A stretch of 54,190 bases of DNA. Source: Verrucomicrobiota bacterium (lineage in GTDB: Bacteria > Verrucomicrobiota > Verrucomicrobiia > Verrucomicrobiales > DEV007). Shown here piece by piece: positions 26,025-35,447 of this stretch. The position numbers and the translations under genes are program-made. Under the pieces are notes generated by a model. The model was not told the origin of the DNA and searched no databases. It was given only the letters and a program-made list of their open reading frames with translations. The stretch is taken from NCBI GenBank assembly GCA_038745205.1, contig JBCDLR010000001.1, positions 1-54,190 of the forward strand, read 5' to 3'. How positions within the stretch are numbered: the stretch's first letter is position 1; the number at the start of each line of letters is the position of its first letter.

Positions 26025-28745
26025 ATGAGGCCAGCCCGCGCCATCCTCAGTTCGATCAGACTACGGGTTTTGCTGGCCTTCCTCCTTGTTGGCACTCTCC
26101 CCGTAATCACGCTCTTCTTCGTCGCAAGAAATCTGACGGCCAACGCCATCATCAACTCAGAGTATGAGAAGATTTCGGAAGTCAGCAATGAACTGGCCCG
26201 ACAGATCAAGATGATTGTCGAGAACGCGTCGAACGACATCGCGTCCCTCGCCTCCAGCCCGGTTCTTGTCGACCCCGACCAGACGATCCCCGCGAAGAAA
26301 GCGGAGTTCAACCGGCTCGTGAAGCTCTACGAGAACTTCTACGACATCACCCTTCTCGACAACCACGGTTTCCCCATTGTCTCCAGCAACGAAGAGCACG
26401 CCGGGAGGCGGGACCAGACTTCGTGGTTCGATGTCGCACTCTCCGGAGAAAGCTACGTTTCCCGACCCGAAATTTTCCATCCCCGGGCCGACGGCGAAGC
26501 CGAAAGGAGGATCGGGCTCTTCTTCACGATCTATCTTCCGGTCACGAAGGAGGGAACCAGCGCCCCGAACCTCGTCATCAAGGGCCGCGTCCGCTTCGAC
26601 AAGGTCTGGTCACTGCTGGACGAAGCGGGAGTTGGCGCCACGGGCTCCTTCACGCTGATTGACGATTTCGCCAATCTCCTCTCGCACAAGGACAAGTCCC
26701 GCATCCTCACCAAATTCGACAGCCGCTACCCCGACCGCGCCGCCATGCTTGCCCTCGCCGAAAACAACCGGGGGATCTACGGGACGACCGAAGGAATGCC
26801 TTTCATCTACACGGCGAAAACGATCTCTCCGACGAGCACGGATGATCGCCGCTGGTTCCTCGTCGGCCTTAAATCAAAGGAAGAAGCCCACGCCCCGGTT
26901 GCGGAGATGACCAATTATCACCTTGTTGGAGTCGCCGTAACGCTCGGCGTTGCTCTCGGCCTCGGCCTTCTTCTCGCAAACCGGCTCAGTTCCCCCATCA
27001 TCCAGGCCTCACAGGCAGCCAAGCGCATTTCCGATGGAGAACTGGACGTTCGTATTCCCGCCAAAGGGTCCGTCGAGAACGTCGACCTCGCCAATTCGTT
27101 CAACCAGATGATCGACGAGGTTCGCGAACACCGCTTCGAACTCGAGCTCTTGGTCGATTCCCGAACACGTCGCCTCAAGCGTTCGCAGGAAGACCTTGAA
27201 GACCTCTCCGCGCAGCTGAAGGCCGCCTATGAGTCCGTCCAAGACGGCATCGCCGTCATTCGGAATGATGGAACGATTCTCACCGCGAACGGGAACCTCC
27301 GCGAATTCTTCGGCCTCGACGAAAACGTGACCAACCTTTCCGTCGATCTATTTCGGGACACGCTCGTGGACTGCTTTGAAAGTGGGAAGCGATTTGAGAA
27401 GCTCTGGAATACCGCCGAAGTCAAGGAAGACGCGGTGATCGAGCGGGAGCTTGATCTCAAAAACCCGGTGCCCCGAAATCTCGACATTTACTCCGCACCC
27501 GTCCGCAACAAGTCAGGGAAGGTGATCGCCCGCGTCTGGATGTTCCGCGACATCACGGAGCAAAAACAGCTTCAGCTCAGCCTGCAACAGGCCCAGAAGA
27601 TGGAAGCCATCGGACGCCTCGCCGGGGGAGTTGCCCACGACTTCAACAACCTCCTTACCGGCATCATCGGCAACCTCCAGCTTGCGCAACTGGGGAATGC
27701 CAAGGGCACCTCCGAGGAGGGGCAATTCATCGAATCCGCAAAGAAGGCCGGGCAGCGCGCTGCGGAGCTGGTCAAGCAACTCCTTGGATTTTCGCGGCGG
27801 ACCCACCTCGAATTGCAATTCACCAACGCCAACGAGGTTATCTCGGACGTCGAGAAGCTCCTCACCGCGTCCTTTGATCCCCGCATTCAGATCGAAGTCC
27901 ACCCCTCCGACGACCTCTGGGGTGTGAAGATTGACCCCACGCAGATGGAACAGGTTGTCATGAACATGTGCGTCAACGCCAAGGACGCAATGCCCGAGGG
28001 GGGAAGACTACGGCTCAGCACGCAAAACCAGGCTCTGACCGAGAGAGACGCGTCCGCCATGACGGGGGCACGCTCGGGCGACTTCATCATCATTTCCGTG
28101 GAAGACAACGGCGAGGGAATCCCGCCAGAGGTCATGGAAAAGATCTTTGAGCCGTTCTTCACAACCAAGGAACAAGGCAAAGGCACCGGGTTGGGCTTGG
28201 CGACATCCTACGGCATCGTCCAACAGCACGGAGGATGGATCAGTTGCGAATCCCTGTCCGGCGAGGGGACGACCTTCCGCATCTACCTGCCCAAGCAGGA
28301 GAAAAAGGCGGATTCCGGCCATCCCCGCAACCGAGAGAAGGACGTCCGGGGTGGAGACGAAACCGTTCTCCTTGTCGATGATGAAGCGGTCGTCCGCGCT
28401 GTCGCGGAGGGAGCGCTCAAGCACCATGGCTACAGGATTCTCTCCGCCTCCGACGGCCAGGAGGCCCTCGATATCCTTTCGGAACCCGAGCACAAGGTGG
28501 ACCTCGTCCTCCTCGACCTGACCATGCCTCGTCTCTCCGGCCGGGAAACCCTCAAGGTCATCCGCGAGGACCACGGAGACTTGCCGGTGGTCGTCTGCAG
28601 TGGATTCCTCGTTGACCTCGATGGCTTCGAGGAAGAGACCGGACTGCGCGCCAACGGCTTCGTGCAGAAGCCCTACAACCTGAAAGCCCTCGCCGGAAAA
28701 GTCCGCGACATCCTCGACGAATCCGCCCTCGTCGTCGCCGGCTAG
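26025..28745 (+). CDS. Hybrid sensor histidine kinase (TM, Cache-like extracytoplasmic domain, TM, HAMP, PAS, HisKA, HATPase, receiver)
   Basis: 906-aa ORF. TM1 is at about aa 12-34 and TM2 is [20 protein letters not shown], with ~265 aa between them. HAMP ([14 protein letters not shown]...NQMIDEV), H-box [12 protein letters not shown]-boxes EDNGEGIP and GTGLGLA, and receiver VLLVDDE...[10 protein letters not shown]. Confidence 0.9.
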   Translation: MRPARAILSSIRLRVLLAFLLVGTLPVITLFFVARNLTANAIINSEYEKISEVSNELARQIKMIVENASNDIASLASSPVLVDPDQTIPAKKAEFNRLVKLYENFYDITLLDNHGFPIVSSNEEHAGRRDQTSWFDVALSGESYVSRPEIFHPRADGEAERRIGLFFTIYLPVTKEGTSAPNLVIKGRVRFDKVWSLLDEAGVGATGSFTLIDDFANLLSHKDKSRILTKFDSRYPDRAAMLALAENNRGIYGTTEGMPFIYTAKTISPTSTDDRRWFLVGLKSKEEAHAPVAEMTNYHLVGVAVTLGVALGLGLLLANRLSSPIIQASQAAKRISDGELDVRIPAKGSVENVDLANSFNQMIDEVREHRFELELLVDSRTRRLKRSQEDLEDLSAQLKAAYESVQDGIAVIRNDGTILTANGNLREFFGLDENVTNLSVDLFRDTLVDCFESGKRFEKLWNTAEVKEDAVIERELDLKNPVPRNLDIYSAPVRNKSGKVIARVWMFRDITEQKQLQLSLQQAQKMEAIGRLAGGVAHDFNNLLTGIIGNLQLAQLGNAKGTSEEGQFIESAKKAGQRAAELVKQLLGFSRRTHLELQFTNANEVISDVEKLLTASFDPRIQIEVHPSDDLWGVKIDPTQMEQVVMNMCVNAKDAMPEGGRLRLSTQNQALTERDASAMTGARSGDFIIISVEDNGEGIPPEVMEKIFEPFFTTKEQGKGTGLGLATSYGIVQQHGGWISCESLSGEGTTFRIYLPKQEKKADSGHPRNREKDVRGGDETVLLVDDEAVVRAVAEGALKHHGYRILSASDGQEALDILSEPEHKVDLVLLDLTMPRLSGRETLKVIREDHGDLPVVVCSGFLVDLDGFEEETGLRANGFVQKPYNLKALAGKVRDILDESALVVAG

Positions 28746-30418
28746 TCGGAGTAAATCGTCGTCAGACTATTGTCGAAGCTGACACGGTCTTCCGTTCCCG
28801 GGCTTCCGCCGAAGCGTGTCTCGGAAACGACGACCGTCCGTCCACTGTCGTCCGCCGCATCGGCACCAATGCCATACTCAAAGGTAAGGGTCTCACCTGC
28901 GTCGAGAGCTGAAAATGTGGACGTGCTGTCCCCGGACCCGATCGAGACATCGACGATGCCGTTATAGACGGGAACCCGGCCGCGATTCTCGACAGTCACA
29001 TAGAGGGTTTCGCCTTCCCGGTAGTTGCTGGCCACGGCTAGATTCGTAAACGACGGATCGTTCGCATGGCTCACCGACGACAAGTTCAGGTTCCCGTTCC
29101 CGTGCTGCGGGTCAAAGCCGGGGGCTCCTCCTTCCACGGTGGATTCCACAATGATGTTCCAAGCCTGCGTCGCCGAGACATCATAAATCGACATCACGGC
29201 AGCGACAGACGGAGCAACAACGGGTGCTGAACTGGATGTCCCTGAAAACCCAACCACGTCACCTTCGCTCCCGGCAGCGGGCAACCCGAGCCCCGGCGCT
29301 CCAATGTCGATGTTATCCCCTGAATTGGAAAACAAGAGGTGCTGCCCGCTGGCATCGACGGAACCGACAGCGATGACTTGATCGTAGGCCGCAGGATAAA
29401 GAACCGCACCTCCGTCATTACCGGCGGCGGCCACTACGACCATGCCCCCATCCGTCACCTGGATGATGACGTCGTTAAGCACGTTGCTATTTGAAGAGGA
29501 TCCCAGAGAAAGGTTGGCCACCTGCGCCCCATTCTGAAAAGCAATGTTCAGGGCTTCGGCAATTTGGAAACTCGACGTTTCGCCACTGGCATCGAGCACT
29601 CGAATATCCAGCAAATCCGCAAGGGGAGCAATCCCGGGAGCCCGCGGGTTATTCCCTGCAACGAGCGAAGCCACTGCCGTCCCGTGGGCCAAAGATGCCG
29701 CCGTCGCTGCCTCGCCAACGAGGTCAAAACTCCGAATCTGCCCATCACGAAACGTCACGTGAGACGCAATCCCACTGTCAATGATCGCAATCGTCACCCC
29801 AAGTCCCCATTGGCTGTTGTCCACATCGATTCCAAGCCGCTCAAACAACTGATAACCCACGGCCTCCGCCCCTTCCTGCACTCCCGCGCCTGCCCCCTCA
29901 GGCGTCGAGAACGATGGCGTCGTGTAGACATAGTTCGCCTCCAAGGACACGCTGTCCGGATCCAACTGCGCGAGTTCGTTGTGCAGGGCTTGTCCATTCT
30001 CGAATCTCAAGCGAACGGCCCGGAGACCATCGATGCTGGAGATGAGCTTGACCCCTTCCGCCCGTGCCCTTGCCAGAAAGTCTGCATAAGCCTCGTCGTC
30101 CGTGAAGCGAAGAATGACCTCGTTGCGGAGGGCGTTATCATCCTTGAGCATTTCTTCCAGCAGCGCCCGCATCGCGGCCGCGGCAAAAGCCATTCCAGGC
30201 GGAAGCCCCTTGGAAGCCTTCTCGTCGACTTCGGGCCGCTCGACGCTTCCCCGCGCTTTCCCGGGCCTTGATTCCGCTTCTGCACTTCTCGCACCCTCAC
30301 CCATTCGCTTCTCTGCTTCCCCTGCATCGAATTTCAAAAACAGGCCCAGGATGGCCCCGGTTATCAGCGCCAGGATGGCGACACCTCCAAGGATAACGGC
30401 TCTATTCTCCATGTTCAA
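28742..30418 (-). CDS. Membrane-anchored S8 (subtilisin-like) serine peptidase with a C-terminal CARDB-like beta domain
   Basis: 558-aa ORF with an N-terminal TM segment (VILGGVAILALITGAILGLFL) and a propeptide-like region. The catalytic triad contexts are AIIDSGI, HGTAVASLV and GTSSSAPVV. Confidence 0.85.
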   Translation of the reverse strand: MNMENRAVILGGVAILALITGAILGLFLKFDAGEAEKRMGEGARSAEAESRPGKARGSVERPEVDEKASKGLPPGMAFAAAAMRALLEEMLKDDNALRNEVILRFTDDEAYADFLARARAEGVKLISSIDGLRAVRLRFENGQALHNELAQLDPDSVSLEANYVYTTPSFSTPEGAGAGVQEGAEAVGYQLFERLGIDVDNSQWGLGVTIAIIDSGIASHVTFRDGQIRSFDLVGEAATAASLAHGTAVASLVAGNNPRAPGIAPLADLLDIRVLDASGETSSFQIAEALNIAFQNGAQVANLSLGSSSNSNVLNDVIIQVTDGGMVVVAAAGNDGGAVLYPAAYDQVIAVGSVDASGQHLLFSNSGDNIDIGAPGLGLPAAGSEGDVVGFSGTSSSAPVVAPSVAAVMSIYDVSATQAWNIIVESTVEGGAPGFDPQHGNGNLNLSSVSHANDPSFTNLAVASNYREGETLYVTVENRGRVPVYNGIVDVSIGSGDSTSTFSALDAGETLTFEYGIGADAADDSGRTVVVSETRFGGSPGTEDRVSFDNSLTTIYSD

Positions 30419-30504
30419 TCGATGTAACCCGTGGGATGTCCGAGAGTCGCCCGGTATTCCTGGAAAAGCAACCGGACGCCATGGCCAACGGATCTCGTTC
30501 CTGA

Positions 30505-31683
30505 CTAGGCCATTCCCTTCCGGAATTCCTGGATCAAATCCAGCATTGAATCCCGGACTTCAAAAAACTCTTTTCGTGCGCCTTCGATCCATTCCGTCGA
30601 AAACTCTCCCACCTCCAGCGCTTCTTCGCAGGCCGCGAGCGCACGGTCAATGATCGGCAAGCCGCGTTTCAACCAAGCCACGACGAGCCCCGGTTCGGGA
30701 TCGATGTCACGCGAAAGCCCATTCAGGGCCCCCGCCAGTTTCGCGCCGAGTTCCATCGCCGCGAACACCACGTCCTGCACAGGATTCACCCCTTCGGAGT
30801 CGTCGTTGCGAATGAAACCAAATTCCTGCGCTTCACGGTGAATGCGCAAGCTGAAGGCACGAACCCGCTCATAGAGCGGATGCTTGTCCTCCCATGGTTC
30901 CTCGAACGCATCCTCCGCGTCCTCCTCCTCGAGGTCATCCCCCTCGAACTCCAAGGCATCGAATTCGTCGTCTTCCTCAAAAAGCAGGTCGTCCCCGTCC
31001 GAGAGGTGATCCCATCCCATGAGGTCCGCCACCTTCTCCTCCTGGTCGGAATCGTCGCGATACTTGTCGAGCGCCTCGAGGTAGGCGTCGGTAATCCGGT
31101 CGGACTCCTTCAGGCGCTCTTCCCATTCAAATTCGTCGAGCGGACGCGGGTCATGATCCGTCTCGGCTTCCGCCGGCTCAACCCGGCCTGCGACTCGATC
31201 GATGTAGTCCTTCATCAATCGGTGATTGGCCTCCTTCTGTCTCACCTCCTCCTCCTTGGTCATTTGCCAGGTCTGTTCCTTGAACTCCAGGTCGAGGGCG
31301 AGGCTGTCGACGACGACCCGCTCTCCCTCCCGGTTGAACCACTCAATGAGGAGCCCGTTGGCAATGATCGGACTTTGTTCGGTGATCAGTCCGGTCTCCT
31401 CGTCCAGTTCCTCGCTCAATACCTGCACACGCCGGGAAGCGGTGATGTCCCCCACCACACCCTGCTGGAGAAACTTCAACTCATTCCATTCCGTCGGAAC
31501 TTCCATGGGATCCGGACTCTCCAGCGCAAATTCACAGCCAGCGAGGTCGCGGAGAAAATTGCCTTTTAAATCGAGTTGGATAGGAGCCTCCCGGCCGATC
31601 AACCAAATCTCTCCCGTCACCCTGTCCCGCTCGGTGTTCCGGAGAATTGCACGATCAAGAAAGTCTTCCAGGTGAATGGCCAC
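30505..31683 (-). CDS. Hypothetical cytoplasmic protein with a central hyper-acidic linker
   Basis: 392-aa ORF with good coding character and no family recognised. The N-terminal ~130 aa looks beta-rich. The centre is a D/E-rich stretch (DDLLFEEDDEFDALEFEGDDLEEEDAEDAFEEPWED). The C-terminal ~120 aa is helical. Confidence 0.55.
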   Translation of the reverse strand: MAIHLEDFLDRAILRNTERDRVTGEIWLIGREAPIQLDLKGNFLRDLAGCEFALESPDPMEVPTEWNELKFLQQGVVGDITASRRVQVLSEELDEETGLITEQSPIIANGLLIEWFNREGERVVVDSLALDLEFKEQTWQMTKEEEVRQKEANHRLMKDYIDRVAGRVEPAEAETDHDPRPLDEFEWEERLKESDRITDAYLEALDKYRDDSDQEEKVADLMGWDHLSDGDDLLFEEDDEFDALEFEGDDLEEEDAEDAFEEPWEDKHPLYERVRAFSLRIHREAQEFGFIRNDDSEGVNPVQDVVFAAMELGAKLAGALNGLSRDIDPEPGLVVAWLKRGLPIIDRALAACEEALEVGEFSTEWIEGARKEFFEVRDSMLDLIQEFRKGMA

Positions 31684-31756
31684 GGCGTGTCAGGGGAAAG
31701 GAGGTCGAGAGAATGTGTTGGTTCAAGGGGGAACAGGAACCATGCCAAAGTTTATC

Positions 31757-32662
31757 TTACAGCGCAAGCAACTCGTCAATCATTCGTTCCGCCTGCCGTC
31801 GATAGCCTCCACCGAACAAGACAAAGTGATTCAAGATGTGGTACACGTTGTAAAGTGTTCGTCGTCTTTCATAGCCATCTTCCAGGGGGAACGCCTCCCG
31901 ATAGGCGCCGTAGAATCCCGCACTGAATCCACCAAACATTTCCGTGAACGCGAGATCCGTTTCGCGATCTCCGTAGTAAACAGCCGGATCAAACAAGACG
32001 GGTGCCCCCTCGCCGTCAAAGCCCGCGTTCCCACCCCAAAGATCACCGTGCAGCAAGGATGGAACCGGGGCATGACTTTCCAGCAAATCGGGAATCCTTT
32101 CCACGAGCGCCTCCCCGCCCGCGATGTCCGGCCCACGTGCCTTCGCCAGAACCAATTGCCTCTCGATCCGCTCCTGGGCAAAAAACTCACTCCATGATTT
32201 CGTCCATGTGTTCGACTGCGGAGTTTCTCCGATGAAATTGTCCCGCTGCCAGCCATGGTTGCCGTTACCCGAGGTCACTCGATGCAACTGCGCCAGTTCC
32301 CGCCCCATCCTTTCCTCATCTCCCCGGCGCTGCAGGTCGAGGTACTCCAGCACCAGGAAGGCGTGATCTCTGCTCTCCCCAAGACAGATCCTCTGCGGGA
32401 TGCGGATGGCTCCCACCGAAGCCAATTCGGCCAATCCGTCCGCTTCCGCCTCCAACATCGCCGCCTTCGACACCCTGTTTTTCTTCACAAAAAACCGGTC
32501 TCCCGTCGCGACTTCCTCAAGGACGAAACTCTCGTTGATGCACCCGCCTCCGACAGGCCTGGTCACGAACTTCCCCAACGAACGGCCCAGCGCCGTCTCC
32601 AGGGAATCACGCAGAGTTTCCAACATCCTTGTTCTCCTTGATTCGGCGGACAATCTCCGCAC
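31757..32662 (-). CDS. Fructosamine/ketosamine-3-kinase family protein
   Basis: Contains LLHGDLWGGN and PAVYYGDRETDLA, plus a kinase-like N-lobe (FFVKKN). The start is uncertain (32662, or the ATG at 32626); either overlaps the end of the upstream LMW-PTP gene. Confidence 0.85.
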   Translation of the reverse strand: MRRLSAESRRTRMLETLRDSLETALGRSLGKFVTRPVGGGCINESFVLEEVATGDRFFVKKNRVSKAAMLEAEADGLAELASVGAIRIPQRICLGESRDHAFLVLEYLDLQRRGDEERMGRELAQLHRVTSGNGNHGWQRDNFIGETPQSNTWTKSWSEFFAQERIERQLVLAKARGPDIAGGEALVERIPDLLESHAPVPSLLHGDLWGGNAGFDGEGAPVLFDPAVYYGDRETDLAFTEMFGGFSAGFYGAYREAFPLEDGYERRRTLYNVYHILNHFVLFGGGYRRQAERMIDELLAL

Positions 32663-33107
32663 AGCCGTCCTCGAGGAGATCGAGCACGTGCTCGAATCCC
32701 GCCGCTCCGCCGTAGTACGGATCAGGCACCTCTTCCGCCTCGTGTTCAGTCACAAACTCACAAAAGCGGCGCACAACGGCCTTTCCATCCTGCCCTCCCC
32801 GTCCGCGCTCGATGTCGGCGAAGTTATCGTCGTCCATCGTGAGAATGAGGTCGAAGTCGGAAAAGTCCCCGGCATGAAACTGACGGGCCGCTCCCTCCAC
32901 GGAGATGCCCCGCGCCTTCGCCGCTTTCCGCATCCGCGCATCCGGGGAATTCCCCGCGTGGTAACCGATGGTTCCCGCGGAATCACATTCGATCCTTTCC
33001 CCCATCCCCTCCGCTTGCGCCGTCGCCCGCAGAACACACTCCCCGGCCGGCGAACGGCAAATATTGCCCATGCAGACAAAGAGAATCCGGTAGGGCCCGT
33101 TCGCCAT
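32607..33107 (-). CDS. Low-molecular-weight protein tyrosine phosphatase
   Basis: ATG at 33107 gives MANGPYRILFVCMGNICRSP, the C-x5-R-S P-loop at the family-typical distance from the N-terminus. The Asp loop is VPDPYYGG. The longer start at 33191 was rejected. Confidence 0.85.
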   Translation of the reverse strand: MANGPYRILFVCMGNICRSPAGECVLRATAQAEGMGERIECDSAGTIGYHAGNSPDARMRKAAKARGISVEGAARQFHAGDFSDFDLILTMDDDNFADIERGRGGQDGKAVVRRFCEFVTEHEAEEVPDPYYGGAAGFEHVLDLLEDGCAEIVRRIKENKDVGNSA

Positions 33108-33189
33108 GCCTTCCCGTAATCGCGGCCCCGCGAAATGCAACAAGTTGCGGGCCGCCCCATCCCGTCGTATCTCTCGGTCCATCTTTTCC

Positions 33190-34491
33190 ATGCACGCTTT
33201 CAGCTACAGAGACGGAACACTGCACTGCGAATCCGTCGACCTTGATTCCCTCGCCCGCGAACACGGAACGCCCCTGTATGTCTACAGCAAGGCCACGCTA
33301 CTTGACCACTACCGCCGACTCGATTCCGCGCTTTGGAACATCGATCACATGATTTGCTACGCGGTAAAGGCCAATTCCAACCTCGCCATCCTCGACCTTT
33401 TCGCCGATGAGCAATCGGGCTTCGACATCGTCTCCGGCGGCGAACTCTACCGCGTCATCAAAGCCGGCGGCGACGCGGCGAAATGCACCTTCGCAGGTGT
33501 CGGTAAGACCCGGCCTGAGATCGAATACGCCCTCGACCAGGGGATCTACAGCTTCAACGTCGAATCCGAGGCGGAACTCCGCTTCATCAACCAGGTCGCA
33601 GGGGAAATGAAGCGCAAGGCGCCCGTGGCCGTCCGCGTAAACCCGAATGTGGACGCCGGAACCCACGCCTACATCTCAACCGGCAAGAAAGAAGACAAAT
33701 TCGGCATCGATTTTGACCAGATCGAGGACCTCTACGCACGCGCCGCGCAGGAACTGCCGCACGTCCAGCTCCGCGGGATCCAGATGCACATCGGCTCACA
33801 GCTCACGCGCATCGGACCGTTCGTCGAGGCAACGAAGAAAGTTGCCCCGCTCGCGGCCAAGCTGAAGGCGGATCACGGCATCGAGTTTTTCAGCATCGGC
33901 GGTGGCATTGGCATCGTTTACCAGAACGCCCTCAACAGCGGCCACGAATCCTGGTGGCACGAAATGGACGACATCGAGCAAATCACCATCGACCACTACG
34001 CGGAGTCACTCCTCCCCATCCTCGAGCCGCTCGACATGAAAATTCTTCTCGAGCCCGGTCGCTTCATCTCCGGGAACGCCGGAGCCCTCATCACGGAAAA
34101 ACTCTACGAAAAAAAGGGCGCAGCCAAGACCTTTGAGATCATTGATGCCGGCATGAGCGAACTGATCCGGCCCGCCTTGTACTCCGGTCACCATGACATC
34201 ATTCCGGTCGCGGAACCCGAGGAAGAGACGCCGAACCGCATCGTCGATATCGTCGGCCCCATCTGCGAGAGCGGCGATTTCTTCGCCAAGGACCGCGAGC
34301 TTCCGGTCATGAAGCAGGGGGACCTCCTCGCCGTCCTCAGCGCCGGAGCCTACGGCTTCGTCATGGCGTCGAACTACAACTCACGCCCCTTCCCCGCCGA
34401 AGTCCTCGTCGATGGCAGCCATGCCCAGGTCGTCCGGAAGCGCCAAAGCTGGGACGACCTCATCGCCGGCGAAATCGCGCCAGCGATCTGA
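33190..34491 (+). CDS. lysA: Diaminopimelate decarboxylase
   Basis: ATG at 33190 gives MHAFSYRDGTLHCESVDLDSLAREHGTPLYVYS. Also present are CYAVKAN (PLP Lys), GGGIGIVY, EPGRFISG and CESGD. Confidence 0.9.
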   Translation: MHAFSYRDGTLHCESVDLDSLAREHGTPLYVYSKATLLDHYRRLDSALWNIDHMICYAVKANSNLAILDLFADEQSGFDIVSGGELYRVIKAGGDAAKCTFAGVGKTRPEIEYALDQGIYSFNVESEAELRFINQVAGEMKRKAPVAVRVNPNVDAGTHAYISTGKKEDKFGIDFDQIEDLYARAAQELPHVQLRGIQMHIGSQLTRIGPFVEATKKVAPLAAKLKADHGIEFFSIGGGIGIVYQNALNSGHESWWHEMDDIEQITIDHYAESLLPILEPLDMKILLEPGRFISGNAGALITEKLYEKKGAAKTFEIIDAGMSELIRPALYSGHHDIIPVAEPEEETPNRIVDIVGPICESGDFFAKDRELPVMKQGDLLAVLSAGAYGFVMASNYNSRPFPAEVLVDGSHAQVVRKRQSWDDLIAGEIAPAI

Positions 34492-34577
34492 ACTCCATCC
34501 ACCAAGAAGATCGTTGACAAATCGACGATTATTGGGAAAGGCTCGAAGGAGTTTTTGGCCGTCATTTGTTTCTCAAA

Positions 34578-35333
34578 ATGAAAGCATTCTCCGTGGACCC
34601 GAAAGGCATTCTAATTCTTGCTAATCTGGCTCTCTTTTCGATACAGGGAGAAGCTGCCTCGATCGGGGGAATGACGATTGGAGGGATCACTTTCGACCAG
34701 AATGCTTTCGTCGATGAGCTAGTCTCCTCTTCCAATCTTTCAAACCTTTCTCCGACGGTGTCCGATTTTGAAACGGTGCTTACTGATAATGCCCCGAATA
34801 CTGGGGCGAGCATTGGACTTCAGCCCCCACCGAATTCGCCTTTGGGGACGTTGGGCGTGCCGGGATTTGTTGTTCTCCGCTTCACAGACAACATCCTCTT
34901 CAACGGCCCTGGATTTGACCTCGCACTATTCGATTTCGGCGGAAGAATGCTGCCTCCACCTCAATCCGAATCCTTCCTGGTGATGGCAGTGGGTGTGGGC
35001 CCCTCCCTCGAGGTCTTCGTTAGAGACACGAACTTCGATGTAACCATTCCCGCCCCTGATGGGCGCACATTCGATCTCCAAGTAGCACTGGTTGATTTGG
35101 ATCTCCTCGGAATTCCACCGGGAGGACAAGTCGCTGAAATCATGATCTCCAGTGGAACTACATCGTCGATTGGACAACCGGCCGAACTCGCGCTCGTCGG
35201 AGCAATCAATTCTATTCCAATCCCTGAATTCTCTTCACCACTCAACGTCTTACTTGTCGGTTTCCTCGTCGTATCGCTTCCTCGAAGAAGTCGATCGGCC
35301 AGATCGGCCAGATCGGCAAAATTGCGCCCCTAG
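34578..35333 (+). CDS. Secreted protein with a PEP-CTERM-like (PEF variant) C-terminal sorting signal
   Basis: The ATG at 34578 gives a signal peptide (MKAFSVDPKGILILANLALFSIQGEAA). The C-terminus is IPEFSSPLNVLLVGFLVVSLPRRSRSARSARS: a PEx motif, a TM segment and a basic tail. Confidence 0.65.
   Translation: MKAFSVDPKGILILANLALFSIQGEAASIGGMTIGGITFDQNAFVDELVSSSNLSNLSPTVSDFETVLTDNAPNTGASIGLQPPPNSPLGTLGVPGFVVLRFTDNILFNGPGFDLALFDFGGRMLPPPQSESFLVMAVGVGPSLEVFVRDTNFDVTIPAPDGRTFDLQVALVDLDLLGIPPGGQVAEIMISSGTTSSIGQPAELALVGAINSIPIPEFSSPLNVLLVGFLVVSLPRRSRSARSARSAKLRP
35293..35319 (+). repeat. 9-bp tandem repeat (GATCGGCCA, 3 copies, last degenerate) encoding the RSARSARSA basic tail
   Basis: Read directly: gatcggcca gatcggcca gatcggcaa. 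Confidence 0.9.
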
Positions 35334-35447
35334 AATATCGGAACCAAGAAGGGGGCAGATTTCCAAGACTTGGAAATAACCCAAAGCTCGGTCTTCCGAA
35401 AACTGAGCGATGCTGAGCGGCCGGACCAAAGACGTGGCCAATATTCC

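Noticed and set aside
33108-33191. Longer N-terminal extensions for LMW-PTP (start 33191) and lysA (start 33106), which would make the two genes overlap head-to-head
   Set aside because: Family-typical N-termini begin at the downstream ATGs (33107 and 33190). The extensions are Arg-rich and would leave no promoter space. The same logic was used to trim the starts at 13180, 23184, 39769, 40650, 41448, 43434, 47119, 47129 and 53051. Most of those are TTG/GTG codons.
33190-34491. lysA as a member of the polyamine cluster (a paralogous carboxyspermidine-type decarboxylase)
   Set aside because: It has the canonical diaminopimelate decarboxylase N-terminus and motifs. It is separated from the polyamine genes by about 4.4 kb of unrelated genes on the other strand.
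35293-35319. Possible CRISPR or minisatellite
   Set aside because: There are only three 9-bp units with no spacers, and they lie inside a coding region. I reported it only as a small in-frame tandem repeat.
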